From Candidatus Levybacteria bacterium GW2011_GWA1_37_16 (GTDB lineage Bacteria > Patescibacteriota > Microgenomatia > Levybacterales > UBA12049), in contig CALRGR010000004.1 in assembly GCA_943357985.1 (NCBI GenBank), positions 1,238-65,237 of the forward strand: a stretch of 64,000 nt of DNA. The letters are read 5' to 3'. A program made the translations under genes and the position numbers. Below, in pieces: positions 1-8,443 of the stretch; positions within the stretch are counted from its first letter, which is position 1, and every line of letters begins with the position of its first letter. Below the pieces are notes generated by a model that did not search any database, was not told the origin of the DNA, and saw only the letters and a program-made list of their open reading frames with translations.

Positions 1-155
1 CTGCATCGTAGGCTTTTTGCTGATAGTTTTGTTGTTTTTGGGCGACCAAAACTGTTAGGGGGACGGCGGCGGCGATGACAAGAATTACCAAAAGCGCTGT
101 GGTTCTAGATTGGCTAGCATTCTTTATAAATTCCCAAATTCTTTTCATTCAAGTA

Positions 156-175
156 TCTACTACTATAGTAGTAGA
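156..175. promoter_or_regulatory. 20-bp perfect palindrome TCTACTACTATAGTAGTAGA; candidate operator upstream of the dcd promoter
   Basis: Exact inverted repeat (10+10) read directly in the sequence, ending ~30 bp before the -35 at 207. Confidence 0.4.
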
Positions 176-206
176 GATTTACACGCAATGTCAATGCTTT
201 TATTAC

Positions 207-235
207 TTGATACTTAATACTCGATACTTTATACT
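207..235 (+). promoter_or_regulatory. sigma70-like promoter TTGATA-17 nt-TATACT for the dcd-tmk operon; transcript would start at or very near the start codon
   Basis: TTGATA 207-212, 17-nt spacer, TATACT 230-235, start codons TTG 236 / ATG 242. Confidence 0.45.
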
Positions 236-241
236 TTGCTC

Positions 242-811
242 ATGGTTTTGTCGGACGGAGATATAAAAAAAGCATTAAAGAGTGGGGATATAAAAATTTC
301 TCCCGCGCCGGATTTTGAAACCCAGCTTGGTTCCTGTTCAATTGATTTAAAACTAGGCGACAAGTTTAGGGTATATGAGCACAGCAAAAATCCCTTCATA
401 GATCCTTCTAAAAAAGACTACAGCAATGAAATAACGCGTGAAGTAAAAGTTAAAAAAGGTGAGCAATTTATTATGCAGCCTGGAGATTTTGTTTTAGCAG
501 TTACTCTTGAAAAAATTACAATAAGCCCAAAACTTTTGGGAAGATTAGAAGGTCGTTCATCGCTTGGTCGTCTTGGAATTGTTGTTCATTCTACAGCATC
601 TATATTTGATCCCGGTTGGGACGGACAAGCGGTTTTGGAGCTTGGGAATCTGGGCCGCATTGCAGTAGCACTTTATCCGGGAATGAGAATTTGCGCTATG
701 ACTTTTGAACAACTATCAAGCGAGGCGGAAGTTCCATATACAAAGAAAAAGGACGCAAAATATAAATTCCAAAAGGGTCCGGACGAAAGTAAAATCAGTA
801 GCGAAAAATGA
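242..811 (+). CDS. dcd: dCTP deaminase
   Basis: Dcd/dUTPase-fold signature (GSCSIDLKLG, RSSLGRLGI, DPGWDG); ORF track start is TTG 236, ATG at 242 preferred; stop overlaps tmk start (ATGA). Confidence 0.85.
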   Translation: MVLSDGDIKKALKSGDIKISPAPDFETQLGSCSIDLKLGDKFRVYEHSKNPFIDPSKKDYSNEITREVKVKKGEQFIMQPGDFVLAVTLEKITISPKLLGRLEGRSSLGRLGIVVHSTASIFDPGWDGQAVLELGNLGRIAVALYPGMRICAMTFEQLSSEAEVPYTKKKDAKYKFQKGPDESKISSEK

Positions 812-1482
812 AATACCACGTAGAACTAGACATTGATTTAAAAAGAAATTCTTATCCCGGACGCTATATTGCGCTTGAGGGAATAGACGGGTCCGGCAAA
901 ACCACACAAGCAGAAAAACTTGCGGAATATTTTCGCTCGATTGGAAAAAAAGCCGTGTTGACGCGTGAACCAAGAAAAGAAGGAGTAATTGGCGACATTG
1001 TCCAGCAGGTTTTAACAGGAAAAACAAAAGTTCCGCCTGCTGCTTTACAATATTTGTTTTCCACAGACCGCGTTTTACACCACGAAGAAATTATAGAGCC
1101 AGCACTTAAGGCGGGGAAGATTGTTATTTCAGATAGATGTTTTTGGTCTGCGGTTGTTTATGGAATTTTGGATAGATTGGGGAAGTATGATAGGGAATCG
1201 ACAGACTTTTTGTTAATCTCTCAGTCAATTCTTTCTATGTATCATCAGTTTATGGTTCCTGATTATACTTTTTTATTAAAAGTAACACTTGATTCGGCGG
1301 TTTCGCGCATCTCGCAAAAGGATGATGTGAAAGAAATTTATGAAGATAAAGAAAAATTAAGAAAAGTAAATGACGGGTATGATTGGCTCGCTTCGGAATT
1401 CGCTAGCGAGATAATTGTTGTAGACGGTGAGGGAGCCGTTGAAGAAGTTGCAAAAAGACTCATCTCGAAAATTAAAATTTAA
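808..1482 (+). CDS. tmk: thymidylate (dTMP) kinase
   Basis: P-loop GIDGSGKTTQ, DR(C/Y) motif, Tmk length and architecture. Confidence 0.9.
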   Translation: MKYHVELDIDLKRNSYPGRYIALEGIDGSGKTTQAEKLAEYFRSIGKKAVLTREPRKEGVIGDIVQQVLTGKTKVPPAALQYLFSTDRVLHHEEIIEPALKAGKIVISDRCFWSAVVYGILDRLGKYDRESTDFLLISQSILSMYHQFMVPDYTFLLKVTLDSAVSRISQKDDVKEIYEDKEKLRKVNDGYDWLASEFASEIIVVDGEGAVEEVAKRLISKIKI

Positions 1483-1484
1483 TA

Positions 1485-2024
1485 ATGGTACTTGGGCCAA
1501 AAATACTACTCGAACTCGTAAAGAAAAAGAAGCTTGTTGAGAATTTGTCGGAAAGGGAATTGACAAATCCGGAAGGCGCAGGTTTTGATCTAAGACTTGG
1601 GGAAGTTTATAGGATTTCAGGAGACGCTTTTTTGGGAGAAACACACAGAAAGACTGCTGACATAGACCTCGTCGAAAAATATACTGAGGGAAGTAAGTCG
1701 GTACTTACTATAAAGCCTGGAGATTTCTTCCTCGTTAAAACAATTGAGTCCGTAAACATGCCGGATAATTTAACTGCCAGTATTACTCCTCGTTCCACTA
1801 CCTATCGTTCAGGCTTGGTATTGCGAACAGGAAACGTGCCGCCGGGATATTGCGGAGGACTCACTTTTGGTCTTAAAAATGAAGGGCCAATTACAGTTGA
1901 AATAGAAATGGGAGCGCGCTTTGTTCATATTCAATTTAGTGAAGTTGCAGGAAAAGGAAATATGTACCGTGGACAATGGCAAGGCGGAAGAGTGACAGCC
2001 ACCAAAAAAGAAAAGCAAGTTTGA
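1485..2024 (+). CDS. second Dcd/dUTPase-superfamily paralog (dUTPase or bifunctional dCTP deaminase-dUTPase candidate)
   Basis: GAGFDLRLGE and PRSTTYRSGLVLRTG motifs parallel to dcd, but with a divergent third motif (GYCGG instead of DPGWDG). Confidence 0.7.
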   Translation: MVLGPKILLELVKKKKLVENLSERELTNPEGAGFDLRLGEVYRISGDAFLGETHRKTADIDLVEKYTEGSKSVLTIKPGDFFLVKTIESVNMPDNLTASITPRSTTYRSGLVLRTGNVPPGYCGGLTFGLKNEGPITVEIEMGARFVHIQFSEVAGKGNMYRGQWQGGRVTATKKEKQV

Positions 2025-2073
2025 TAATTGTAGCTAGTTGATTTGAATAAAGACCTTATAGTATAATCTCCAA

Positions 2074-2742
2074 ATGGTTGAAAAACTTAGTTCTGCAGAA
2101 TTTGAAGCGTTTTGGGGACATGATTTTAATGATAATTGCCGCGTACTCCCTTTTCCTAATGGATCGACTAGCAACCAAGAATTGTTTCGGTTAAGAGGAG
2201 GAAAGTCGGTTGTTATAAAGCCGTCTGGAATGCAGAGCGATTTATTGGCATGGCAGGATAGGGAACGCGGGCGCGCCGTGACTCGCTTAAATGAATTTTT
2301 AGATTCTACTGAGCAAAGCGAGCCAATTGATGTTTTTAAAAAAGGGCATAATTTTAAATTAGCTGACTGGCCTAAGGGAACTATGTTAAGGTATAACGTG
2401 GACCGGGCAGGCCGGGATTCAGAAGTGCGCAATGAATCTCATCTTGGTGTTATTGGTCAGGCAAAGACTATCGTAGGTGGTTTTGCAGATATCCTAATTG
2501 TAATGTCGAGTGAAGCGGTTGCTGGTCCGTCCTTTATGGTGCCGCTAGTTAGATTAGATCCTGCAGCAGCTTTCAGGATGCAAGGTACAGTGTTGGGAGA
2601 GGTGACACACATCCGGTATTCTGGCCAAGGCTCCCAAAGAGATATATTATTGCGTTATAACTCAATAGAGGTATGGAAGCTTGGAACGGCTGTCCGTGAA
2701 CAAGTAAGAACCGCAGGTTTCAAACCAAAAAAAGCAAGATAG
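2074..2742 (+). CDS. hypothetical protein (222 aa) embedded in the nucleotide-metabolism cluster
   Basis: Long intact ORF; no family recognised by eye. Confidence 0.5.
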   Translation: MVEKLSSAEFEAFWGHDFNDNCRVLPFPNGSTSNQELFRLRGGKSVVIKPSGMQSDLLAWQDRERGRAVTRLNEFLDSTEQSEPIDVFKKGHNFKLADWPKGTMLRYNVDRAGRDSEVRNESHLGVIGQAKTIVGGFADILIVMSSEAVAGPSFMVPLVRLDPAAAFRMQGTVLGEVTHIRYSGQGSQRDILLRYNSIEVWKLGTAVREQVRTAGFKPKKAR

Positions 2743-2769
2743 TAGTATCATCAAACCAGAAAAACAGAT

Positions 2770-3312
2770 TTAAGGAATCTCCTGAACAGAAAGAGATCTT
2801 ACTCTAGATAAGGATTCCTGAATATGCCCCGTATTTGTCCCAACTCTCAGATGTTGTACCGCTCCGATTCTTATTATGGGATCTATTGGGGTTATTGGAA
2901 TTGCTTGTCCGTGAGACGCAAAGTCAATAAAAGGTAAAATTATTTTCTTTTTTACTTCGCTTGCAGTGTAACTGCAAATTACACCGAGACGTACAAAATC
3001 TAAATATCTATTTTCCGGCTGATCACCCGGTGGCATTAAAAGTTCTTCCATTGAGAATCTAATAACTGTTCCTTGGGGAAATTTTGTTCCGTCAAATGTT
3101 TGCCCATCATAGAGATTCCATTTGGGGTTTTTGTCTGAGAAGGATATGTAATGTAAAATAGCATTCTCCGCAAATCTTCTAACAGATGTAGACTGACCTT
3201 CTGGAATAACTGGACGCGTAGGTTTATTTTTCCAATCACATGAGTCATTCAAATGATGTTCATCCCAATAACGCGGATCTGTTGGGTCAAATGGAGGTAA
3301 GGCTTCTGTCAT
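2770..3312 (-). CDS. hypothetical protein (180 aa), antisense to its neighbours
   Basis: Intact ORF; no recognisable motif. Confidence 0.5.
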   Translation of the reverse strand: MTEALPPFDPTDPRYWDEHHLNDSCDWKNKPTRPVIPEGQSTSVRRFAENAILHYISFSDKNPKWNLYDGQTFDGTKFPQGTVIRFSMEELLMPPGDQPENRYLDFVRLGVICSYTASEVKKKIILPFIDFASHGQAIPITPIDPIIRIGAVQHLRVGTNTGHIQESLSRVRSLSVQEIP

Positions 3313-3406
3313 GGGGCTATTTTACCACTAGCCACTAAAAAAGAAAAACAGGTTTAGTCCTCATATTGCATCGGCGGAGAAACTTTGTTACATTAGAGAC
3401 GAATCA

Positions 3407-3898
3407 ATGGTAATAGAAACTGAGTCAGCACCACAAGAAAGAGAATTAATGGACTTTTTAATGAAGGCCAAGCACGACGGTTACGCATTTGGCAAAGCCC
3501 CAATTAATGAGCTGGACGGGACGCATTCGACCAGATTTTCTGAGGGAGATTATGATTTTCATGATAATTGGTATGGAGAAGATGGGACGCCAGTTGGAGG
3601 AATAGAAAAAGTTTCCTATAGGGGAAAACCTTGCTGGGAAATGATTTACTTTGGGAAAGAATTAGTTGATGATAGGGAAGCTATCTCGGTTCTTAGGCAA
3701 GCGTTAAGTTCGATGCCAGATAGTATGCCCACAAGAGGTCCAAACATTTTTGAGAGCGGAGAATATACATATAAAAATAAATGGGAGGGAGATATTAATC
3801 ATTTTGCCGGTCTCGAAGTAATTACCAGGGGAGACGCAATGGTTTATAATCTTGCTTACAGAGGAGGGAGAAGACCACTTCATGCACAAACACGCTGA
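3407..3898 (+). CDS. hypothetical protein (163 aa); 3' end overlaps thyA start
   Basis: Intact ORF, Trp/Tyr/Gly-rich; unknown family. Confidence 0.5.
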   Translation: MVIETESAPQERELMDFLMKAKHDGYAFGKAPINELDGTHSTRFSEGDYDFHDNWYGEDGTPVGGIEKVSYRGKPCWEMIYFGKELVDDREAISVLRQALSSMPDSMPTRGPNIFESGEYTYKNKWEGDINHFAGLEVITRGDAMVYNLAYRGGRRPLHAQTR

Positions 3899-4868
3899 GT
3901 ATCAGTATTTGGATATAGCACGTGATATCCTCAAAAATGGAATAAAGCAGGTTGATAGAGGAACCGGTGTTGCCGACTATAGTTTATTTGGAAAGCAAAT
4001 CCGTTTTGATTTATCTAAAGGTTTTCCGTTACTCACTACCAAGAAAGTTTACTGGCGTGGTGTAATTGAAGAACTTTATTGGTTTTTCTCTGGGCAGACA
4101 AATATAAAATATCTGGTTGACCATAACGTGCATATCTGGGACGATTATCCCTACAAGATTTTCTTACGAAAATCTGTAATGTCAAATGACAAATATACAA
4201 ATACTACCAATAAACAAATAACAAAGGATGAATTTATTGCCAAAATAGCCTCGGATTCGGAATTTGCCAAGAAATGGGGAGAGTTGCCCAGAATTTATGG
4301 GGAAATGTGGAGAAAATGGCCGACGCGAAAAAAAGGAAGGACAATTGACCAACTCCAATGGGTTATTGATGAAATAAAAGCAGATCCAAATGCGCACAAT
4401 GCAATTGTCACTTCATGGAACCCTGAATATCTTTACACAATGGCAGAAAATGAAGATGCCAGTAGATTCCCAATTTGCCACAATATGTATCAAGTAAGCA
4501 GGCGAGGTAATAAATTATCTCTGCAACTTTATCAACGTTCGGCGGATTTGTTTCTCGGCGTTCCATTTAACATTGCTTCTTATTCACTATTAACGATTAT
4601 CCTTGCGAAAATTCTAAAACTTGAGCCAGGTGAATTTATTCATACTTTTGGAGATGTGCATATTTATGAAAATCATATTGAGCAAATGAAAGAACAATTG
4701 AAAAGAAAACCAAAGCCTTTTCCGACAGTTCGATTGGTTGGAAAAATAAATAAACTTGAAGACTTTACACCGGATAAAATAATTTTGGAAAATTATGATC
4801 CGCATGCCACAATTAAAGGAGAGCTTGTAGTCGCTGGGGGATTATATGAAGGGAAGAGAAAGAAATGA
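3882..4868 (+). CDS. thyA: thymidylate synthase (ThyA, long form with insertion)
   Basis: ThyA motifs: LLTTKKVYWRGV, catalytic Cys in ICHNMYQ, RSADLFLGVPFNIASY; start taken at MHKHAEYQYLD. Confidence 0.9.
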   Translation: MHKHAEYQYLDIARDILKNGIKQVDRGTGVADYSLFGKQIRFDLSKGFPLLTTKKVYWRGVIEELYWFFSGQTNIKYLVDHNVHIWDDYPYKIFLRKSVMSNDKYTNTTNKQITKDEFIAKIASDSEFAKKWGELPRIYGEMWRKWPTRKKGRTIDQLQWVIDEIKADPNAHNAIVTSWNPEYLYTMAENEDASRFPICHNMYQVSRRGNKLSLQLYQRSADLFLGVPFNIASYSLLTIILAKILKLEPGEFIHTFGDVHIYENHIEQMKEQLKRKPKPFPTVRLVGKINKLEDFTPDKIILENYDPHATIKGELVVAGGLYEGKRKK

Positions 4869-5404
4869 ATAAACCAATAGTTTCAATGATTGTTGCAGTT
4901 GGAGAAAACAGAGAAATGGGCGCAAATAATGATTTGCCGTGGGGAAGAGCATTGCCGACGGATATGAATCGTTTCCGCAATAAAACCCGTGGGCACACCA
5001 TCATTATGGGCAAACGAACTTTTGAATCAATGCAAAGTAAGCCCTTGCCAAATAGGGTAAATATTGTAGTGTCACGGAATCCATCAATGCATGATATATC
5101 GATATATCATGCAAAGAATGTAATTGTCTGTGGTTCGGTGGAAGAGGCAATCGAGGAAGCGAAAAAAAATGAGAAAGAAGCCATGCCTGCCGGCAGGCAG
5201 GAGATTTTTATAATCGGCGGGGGAAAAATTTTTGAACTTTCAATGTTGCTTGCGGATAAACTTTATTTGACCTTGATCCACGCAAAATTTCCGGATGCAG
5301 ATGTTTTCTTTCCGGACTATTCGGAATTTAAAAAAGAAGTCTACCGCGAAAAAGTATCCGAAAACGGCTATAACTACGAATTCGTCGATTTAGAAAGAAG
5401 TTGA
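4865..5404 (+). CDS. folA: dihydrofolate reductase
   Basis: MIVAVGENREMGANNDLPW and TIIMGKRTFES DHFR signature; ATGA overlap with the thyA stop. Confidence 0.9.
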   Translation: MNKPIVSMIVAVGENREMGANNDLPWGRALPTDMNRFRNKTRGHTIIMGKRTFESMQSKPLPNRVNIVVSRNPSMHDISIYHAKNVIVCGSVEEAIEEAKKNEKEAMPAGRQEIFIIGGGKIFELSMLLADKLYLTLIHAKFPDADVFFPDYSEFKKEVYREKVSENGYNYEFVDLERS

Positions 5405-5443
5405 TTAGCCTAGCTTCATATGATATAGTCCCAGAGACATTCT

Positions 5444-5872
5444 ATGTCAAAAGAAATAGAACACAATCTTGATGATTTGCAGTCGATAATTGCTGGTGTT
5501 CGTGAGAGAAATAAGCGAAGCGCTATGTGGGATGGCGTAAATCCTGAAATACCTCTTGACGATGTAGCATTTGATGAATTTCTTAAAACCTTTGGAAATC
5601 ATAGAAACGGAAAAAAGATAGAGGTCTGGATAAAAGAAGGGGCAGGATGTGAATCTCAAGATGAAATTGATGGCAGTAGTATTGATTGTTCAAATCCAGC
5701 CGTAGGTTCTGTTGATTGGGAAACCCCCATGATGAAAGAGTCTGTATTAAGCTGCAGGGTGCATATAAGAGGTGAATATAGGGGAATAATGATTAATGGT
5801 GTTTTAGAACAAGGACTTTTTCCTGATGTAACAATTAACGGAAAGCCACTTCCTTATCCTGAAAATAATTAG
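5444..5872 (+). CDS. hypothetical protein (142 aa)
   Basis: Intact ORF; unknown family. Confidence 0.45.
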   Translation: MSKEIEHNLDDLQSIIAGVRERNKRSAMWDGVNPEIPLDDVAFDEFLKTFGNHRNGKKIEVWIKEGAGCESQDEIDGSSIDCSNPAVGSVDWETPMMKESVLSCRVHIRGEYRGIMINGVLEQGLFPDVTINGKPLPYPENN

Positions 5873-6588
5873 GCGGTTCTTGTAAGAAATCCTTTTTCTT
5901 CTAATGCTTTATAAAGTTTTTCTTTAACTTGTTTGATTGTAAGTTTATCTGTAATTATTATAATGTCATAAACTTTTTGTCCATTACTATCTCTTAAATC
6001 GTTATTCATTGGATTTGTGGGAAGTTCCGGATGCGCTGCATTTAGGGATTCAAAATCTTTTGTATTTCTTCTTCTAAGTTCCTTTTTTACTTGCTCAACA
6101 GTTCTGTCAAATTGTGGATTTCTTTTTCTTTCTCTTTCCCAAACTCTTTTTGCAGCTATTTCTCTTGAAACTGTAAGCAAAACTTTTGGAGCAATTGGTG
6201 AGCCTTCATTTTCTAAATTTTTTGCTATCCAACCTCCAAGCCTTGAGACAATTAGTACAGGACTATCTGATTGATGCGTTCTTCTCATTTTTTTTTGTGT
6301 GTTTTCATCAAGCCTTTGATCAACTATTACATCGCGAGTAGCGTAATCTATTACTTCACTTTGATTTCCAAAAATTCTATCCCATCTTCTAAAAATTCCA
6401 CCAACATCGTAAGTCTTCATATCGAAGTCTTTGGCAATAAGTTCAGACAAGCTGGTTTTTCCAGTGCCTGCCCTCCCGTTTATTGTAATGAAAGGGAAGT
6501 TGGTTTTAAATTTTTCGGGTGTTGCTGGGATTTCTAAATTCCCCACAACATTTCCTGGCGTTAATGTTTCTGCTCTCATAGCCTGCAT
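5869..6588 (-). CDS. cmk: cytidylate (CMP/dCMP) kinase-family NMP kinase with N-terminal extension
   Basis: P-loop ITINGRAGTGKTS and colinear matches to Cmk (GGIFR, VLIVSRLGGW, KVLLTVSREIAAKR); start uncertain (alternative Met at ~6579). Confidence 0.65.
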   Translation of the reverse strand: MQAMRAETLTPGNVVGNLEIPATPEKFKTNFPFITINGRAGTGKTSLSELIAKDFDMKTYDVGGIFRRWDRIFGNQSEVIDYATRDVIVDQRLDENTQKKMRRTHQSDSPVLIVSRLGGWIAKNLENEGSPIAPKVLLTVSREIAAKRVWERERKRNPQFDRTVEQVKKELRRRNTKDFESLNAAHPELPTNPMNNDLRDSNGQKVYDIIIITDKLTIKQVKEKLYKALEEKGFLTRTA

Positions 6589-6664
6589 ATTATAGGCTAT
6601 TTGGGCTTCTAAATCAAGAAAAGCGGTTGTAAAAGAAAAAATAGGGGGGTATACTTAATTTGAA

Positions 6665-8002
6665 ATGAGCTTAAAAACAATTGATCCAAAGATTTTTGAA
6701 CTTATTAAACAAGAAGAAGTAAGGCAAAAAGAAGTCTTGGAAATGATTCCATCGGAAAATTACACTTCGGTTGCAGTTATGGAAGCCCTCGGTTCAGTGC
6801 TCACTAATAAATACTCGGAAGGATACCCGCGGAAAAGATATTATCAGGGAAATAAAATTATTGATAGCGTTGAATCACTTGCACAAGAAAGAGCGCAAAA
6901 ACTTTTTGGCGTGCCGTATGTAAATGTGCAGCCGTATTCGGGAAGTCCTGCAAACGCAGAAATTTATATGGCGCTTTTGGAACCGTTGAAAGATAAAATT
7001 ATGGGTTTGTCTATTGCCTTTGGTGGGCATTTGACTCACGGATCAGCAGTTTCTTTCTCCGGAAAATATTTTAAAACTGTAGCTTATGAATTAAATGAGC
7101 AGGGACTTTTGGACTATGACCAAATTTTAGAAACTGCAAGAGCGGAAAAGCCAAAAATTATAGTTTGCGGCGCAACAGCTTATCCAAGAATTATAGATTT
7201 TAAGAAATTCGGAGAAATTGCAGATGAAGTTGGAGTCCTTGCAGGATCTCCGACATACTTACTTGCCGATATTTCTCACATTGCTGGGCTTATAGTTGCA
7301 GGAGTTCATCCGTCGCCAGTGCCGTTTGTGGACATAATTATGACAACAACACATAAGACATTGCGTGGTCCGCGTGGCGCAATGATAATGGTAACAGAAA
7401 AAGGGCTTGCTAAAGATCCGGAACTTTCGGATAAAATTGATAAAGCAGTTTTTCCCGGTTTTCAAGGCGGGCCGCATGATAATCAGACTGCGGCAATTGC
7501 AGTTGCTCTGGAAGAAGCAAGTCTTCCTGAGTTTAAAAAATATGGGCAGCAGATTGTAAAAAATGCAAAAACCTTAGCGGATGAACTCGTAAAGTTTGGG
7601 TTTGACCTAATAAGCGGGGGAACAGATAATCATTTGATTTTAATTGATTTGACTAACAAAAAAGTTAACGGGGCAGTTGGCGCTTTGGCCTTGGAAGTAG
7701 CAGGAATTGTAATAAATAAAAATGCAGTACCCAAAGACAGCATGCCGCCGTTTTATCCATCCGGAATCCGCCTTGGAACTCCAGCTATAACCACAAGGGG
7801 AATGAAAGAAAAAGAAATGGTAAAAATAGCAGCCTGGATAAATGCAGTAATAACCCAGGTTCACGGAGAGCAAGTTCCTGAAACAAAAGAAGCCCGTTCT
7901 GCTTTCTGGAAGATATTCAGAGCAAAGGTAAGAGAAAATGAAAGCTTGCTTAAAATCGCCGGGGAAGTAAAAGAATTCTGTTCAAAATACCCAATAAGTT
8001 AA
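6665..8002 (+). CDS. glyA: serine hydroxymethyltransferase
   Basis: SHMT signature (IPSENYTS, HLTHG, TTTHKTLRGPRG). Confidence 0.95.
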   Translation: MSLKTIDPKIFELIKQEEVRQKEVLEMIPSENYTSVAVMEALGSVLTNKYSEGYPRKRYYQGNKIIDSVESLAQERAQKLFGVPYVNVQPYSGSPANAEIYMALLEPLKDKIMGLSIAFGGHLTHGSAVSFSGKYFKTVAYELNEQGLLDYDQILETARAEKPKIIVCGATAYPRIIDFKKFGEIADEVGVLAGSPTYLLADISHIAGLIVAGVHPSPVPFVDIIMTTTHKTLRGPRGAMIMVTEKGLAKDPELSDKIDKAVFPGFQGGPHDNQTAAIAVALEEASLPEFKKYGQQIVKNAKTLADELVKFGFDLISGGTDNHLILIDLTNKKVNGAVGALALEVAGIVINKNAVPKDSMPPFYPSGIRLGTPAITTRGMKEKEMVKIAAWINAVITQVHGEQVPETKEARSAFWKIFRAKVRENESLLKIAGEVKEFCSKYPIS

Positions 8003-8005
8003 TAG

Positions 8006-8407
8006 ATGAAACCATTTGAATTCGAGTCGCGGATTATAGTCCGCCAATACTTAAGAAATATTGCCTCATCAACAGATTCGGCAAGAACGTGTATTGATAT
8101 TGCGGATGATATAAATATAGTTTTAATTCCTCCTAATGAAACCAGATATGTCAGAGGAACTAAATCAAGGCCTACGTATCTTAGAAGATCTTTTAGCTCT
8201 GTAGTTAGGTTAACTCCAGTACGGGAAGCTCAGGTTATAAATTCTGTGCCGGTGTTTAAATCAATACCAAATCTAAGCCAAAGAATGCATGAACAGGATC
8301 TTAAATATCTTGAATTGAGGGCCACGGGCAGGTTGACTCCTCCGTGGAGGAAATATGGAAGGCACAGGGAAGAGCAGATCGATAAGCTTACAATGAGAGT
8401 CCTATAG
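8006..8407 (+). CDS. hypothetical protein (133 aa), weak
   Basis: ORF directly follows the glyA stop; Arg-rich; an overlapping antisense ORF also exists. Confidence 0.3.
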   Translation: MKPFEFESRIIVRQYLRNIASSTDSARTCIDIADDINIVLIPPNETRYVRGTKSRPTYLRRSFSSVVRLTPVREAQVINSVPVFKSIPNLSQRMHEQDLKYLELRATGRLTPPWRKYGRHREEQIDKLTMRVL

Positions 8408-8443
8408 CTTGATACTATTAGACAAAAGGAGTAGAATATTTCG

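Noticed and set aside
75-266. 63-aa ORF at the window start
   Set aside because: It overlaps the palindrome and the dcd promoter elements. The protein is low-complexity and hydrophobic junk, with no RBS context.
716-1064. Minus-strand ORFs (103 aa and 66 aa) inside dcd/tmk
   Set aside because: They are antisense to two well-supported housekeeping genes and are typical shadow ORFs.
236-2024. dcd-tmk-dcd arrangement as a dCTP-deaminase/kinase anti-phage dNTP-depletion system
   Set aside because: The defence Dcd proteins are kinase-deaminase fusions found in defence islands. Here the genes are separate, canonical in length, and embedded with thyA/folA/glyA/cmk in a biosynthetic cluster, so housekeeping is the parsimonious reading.
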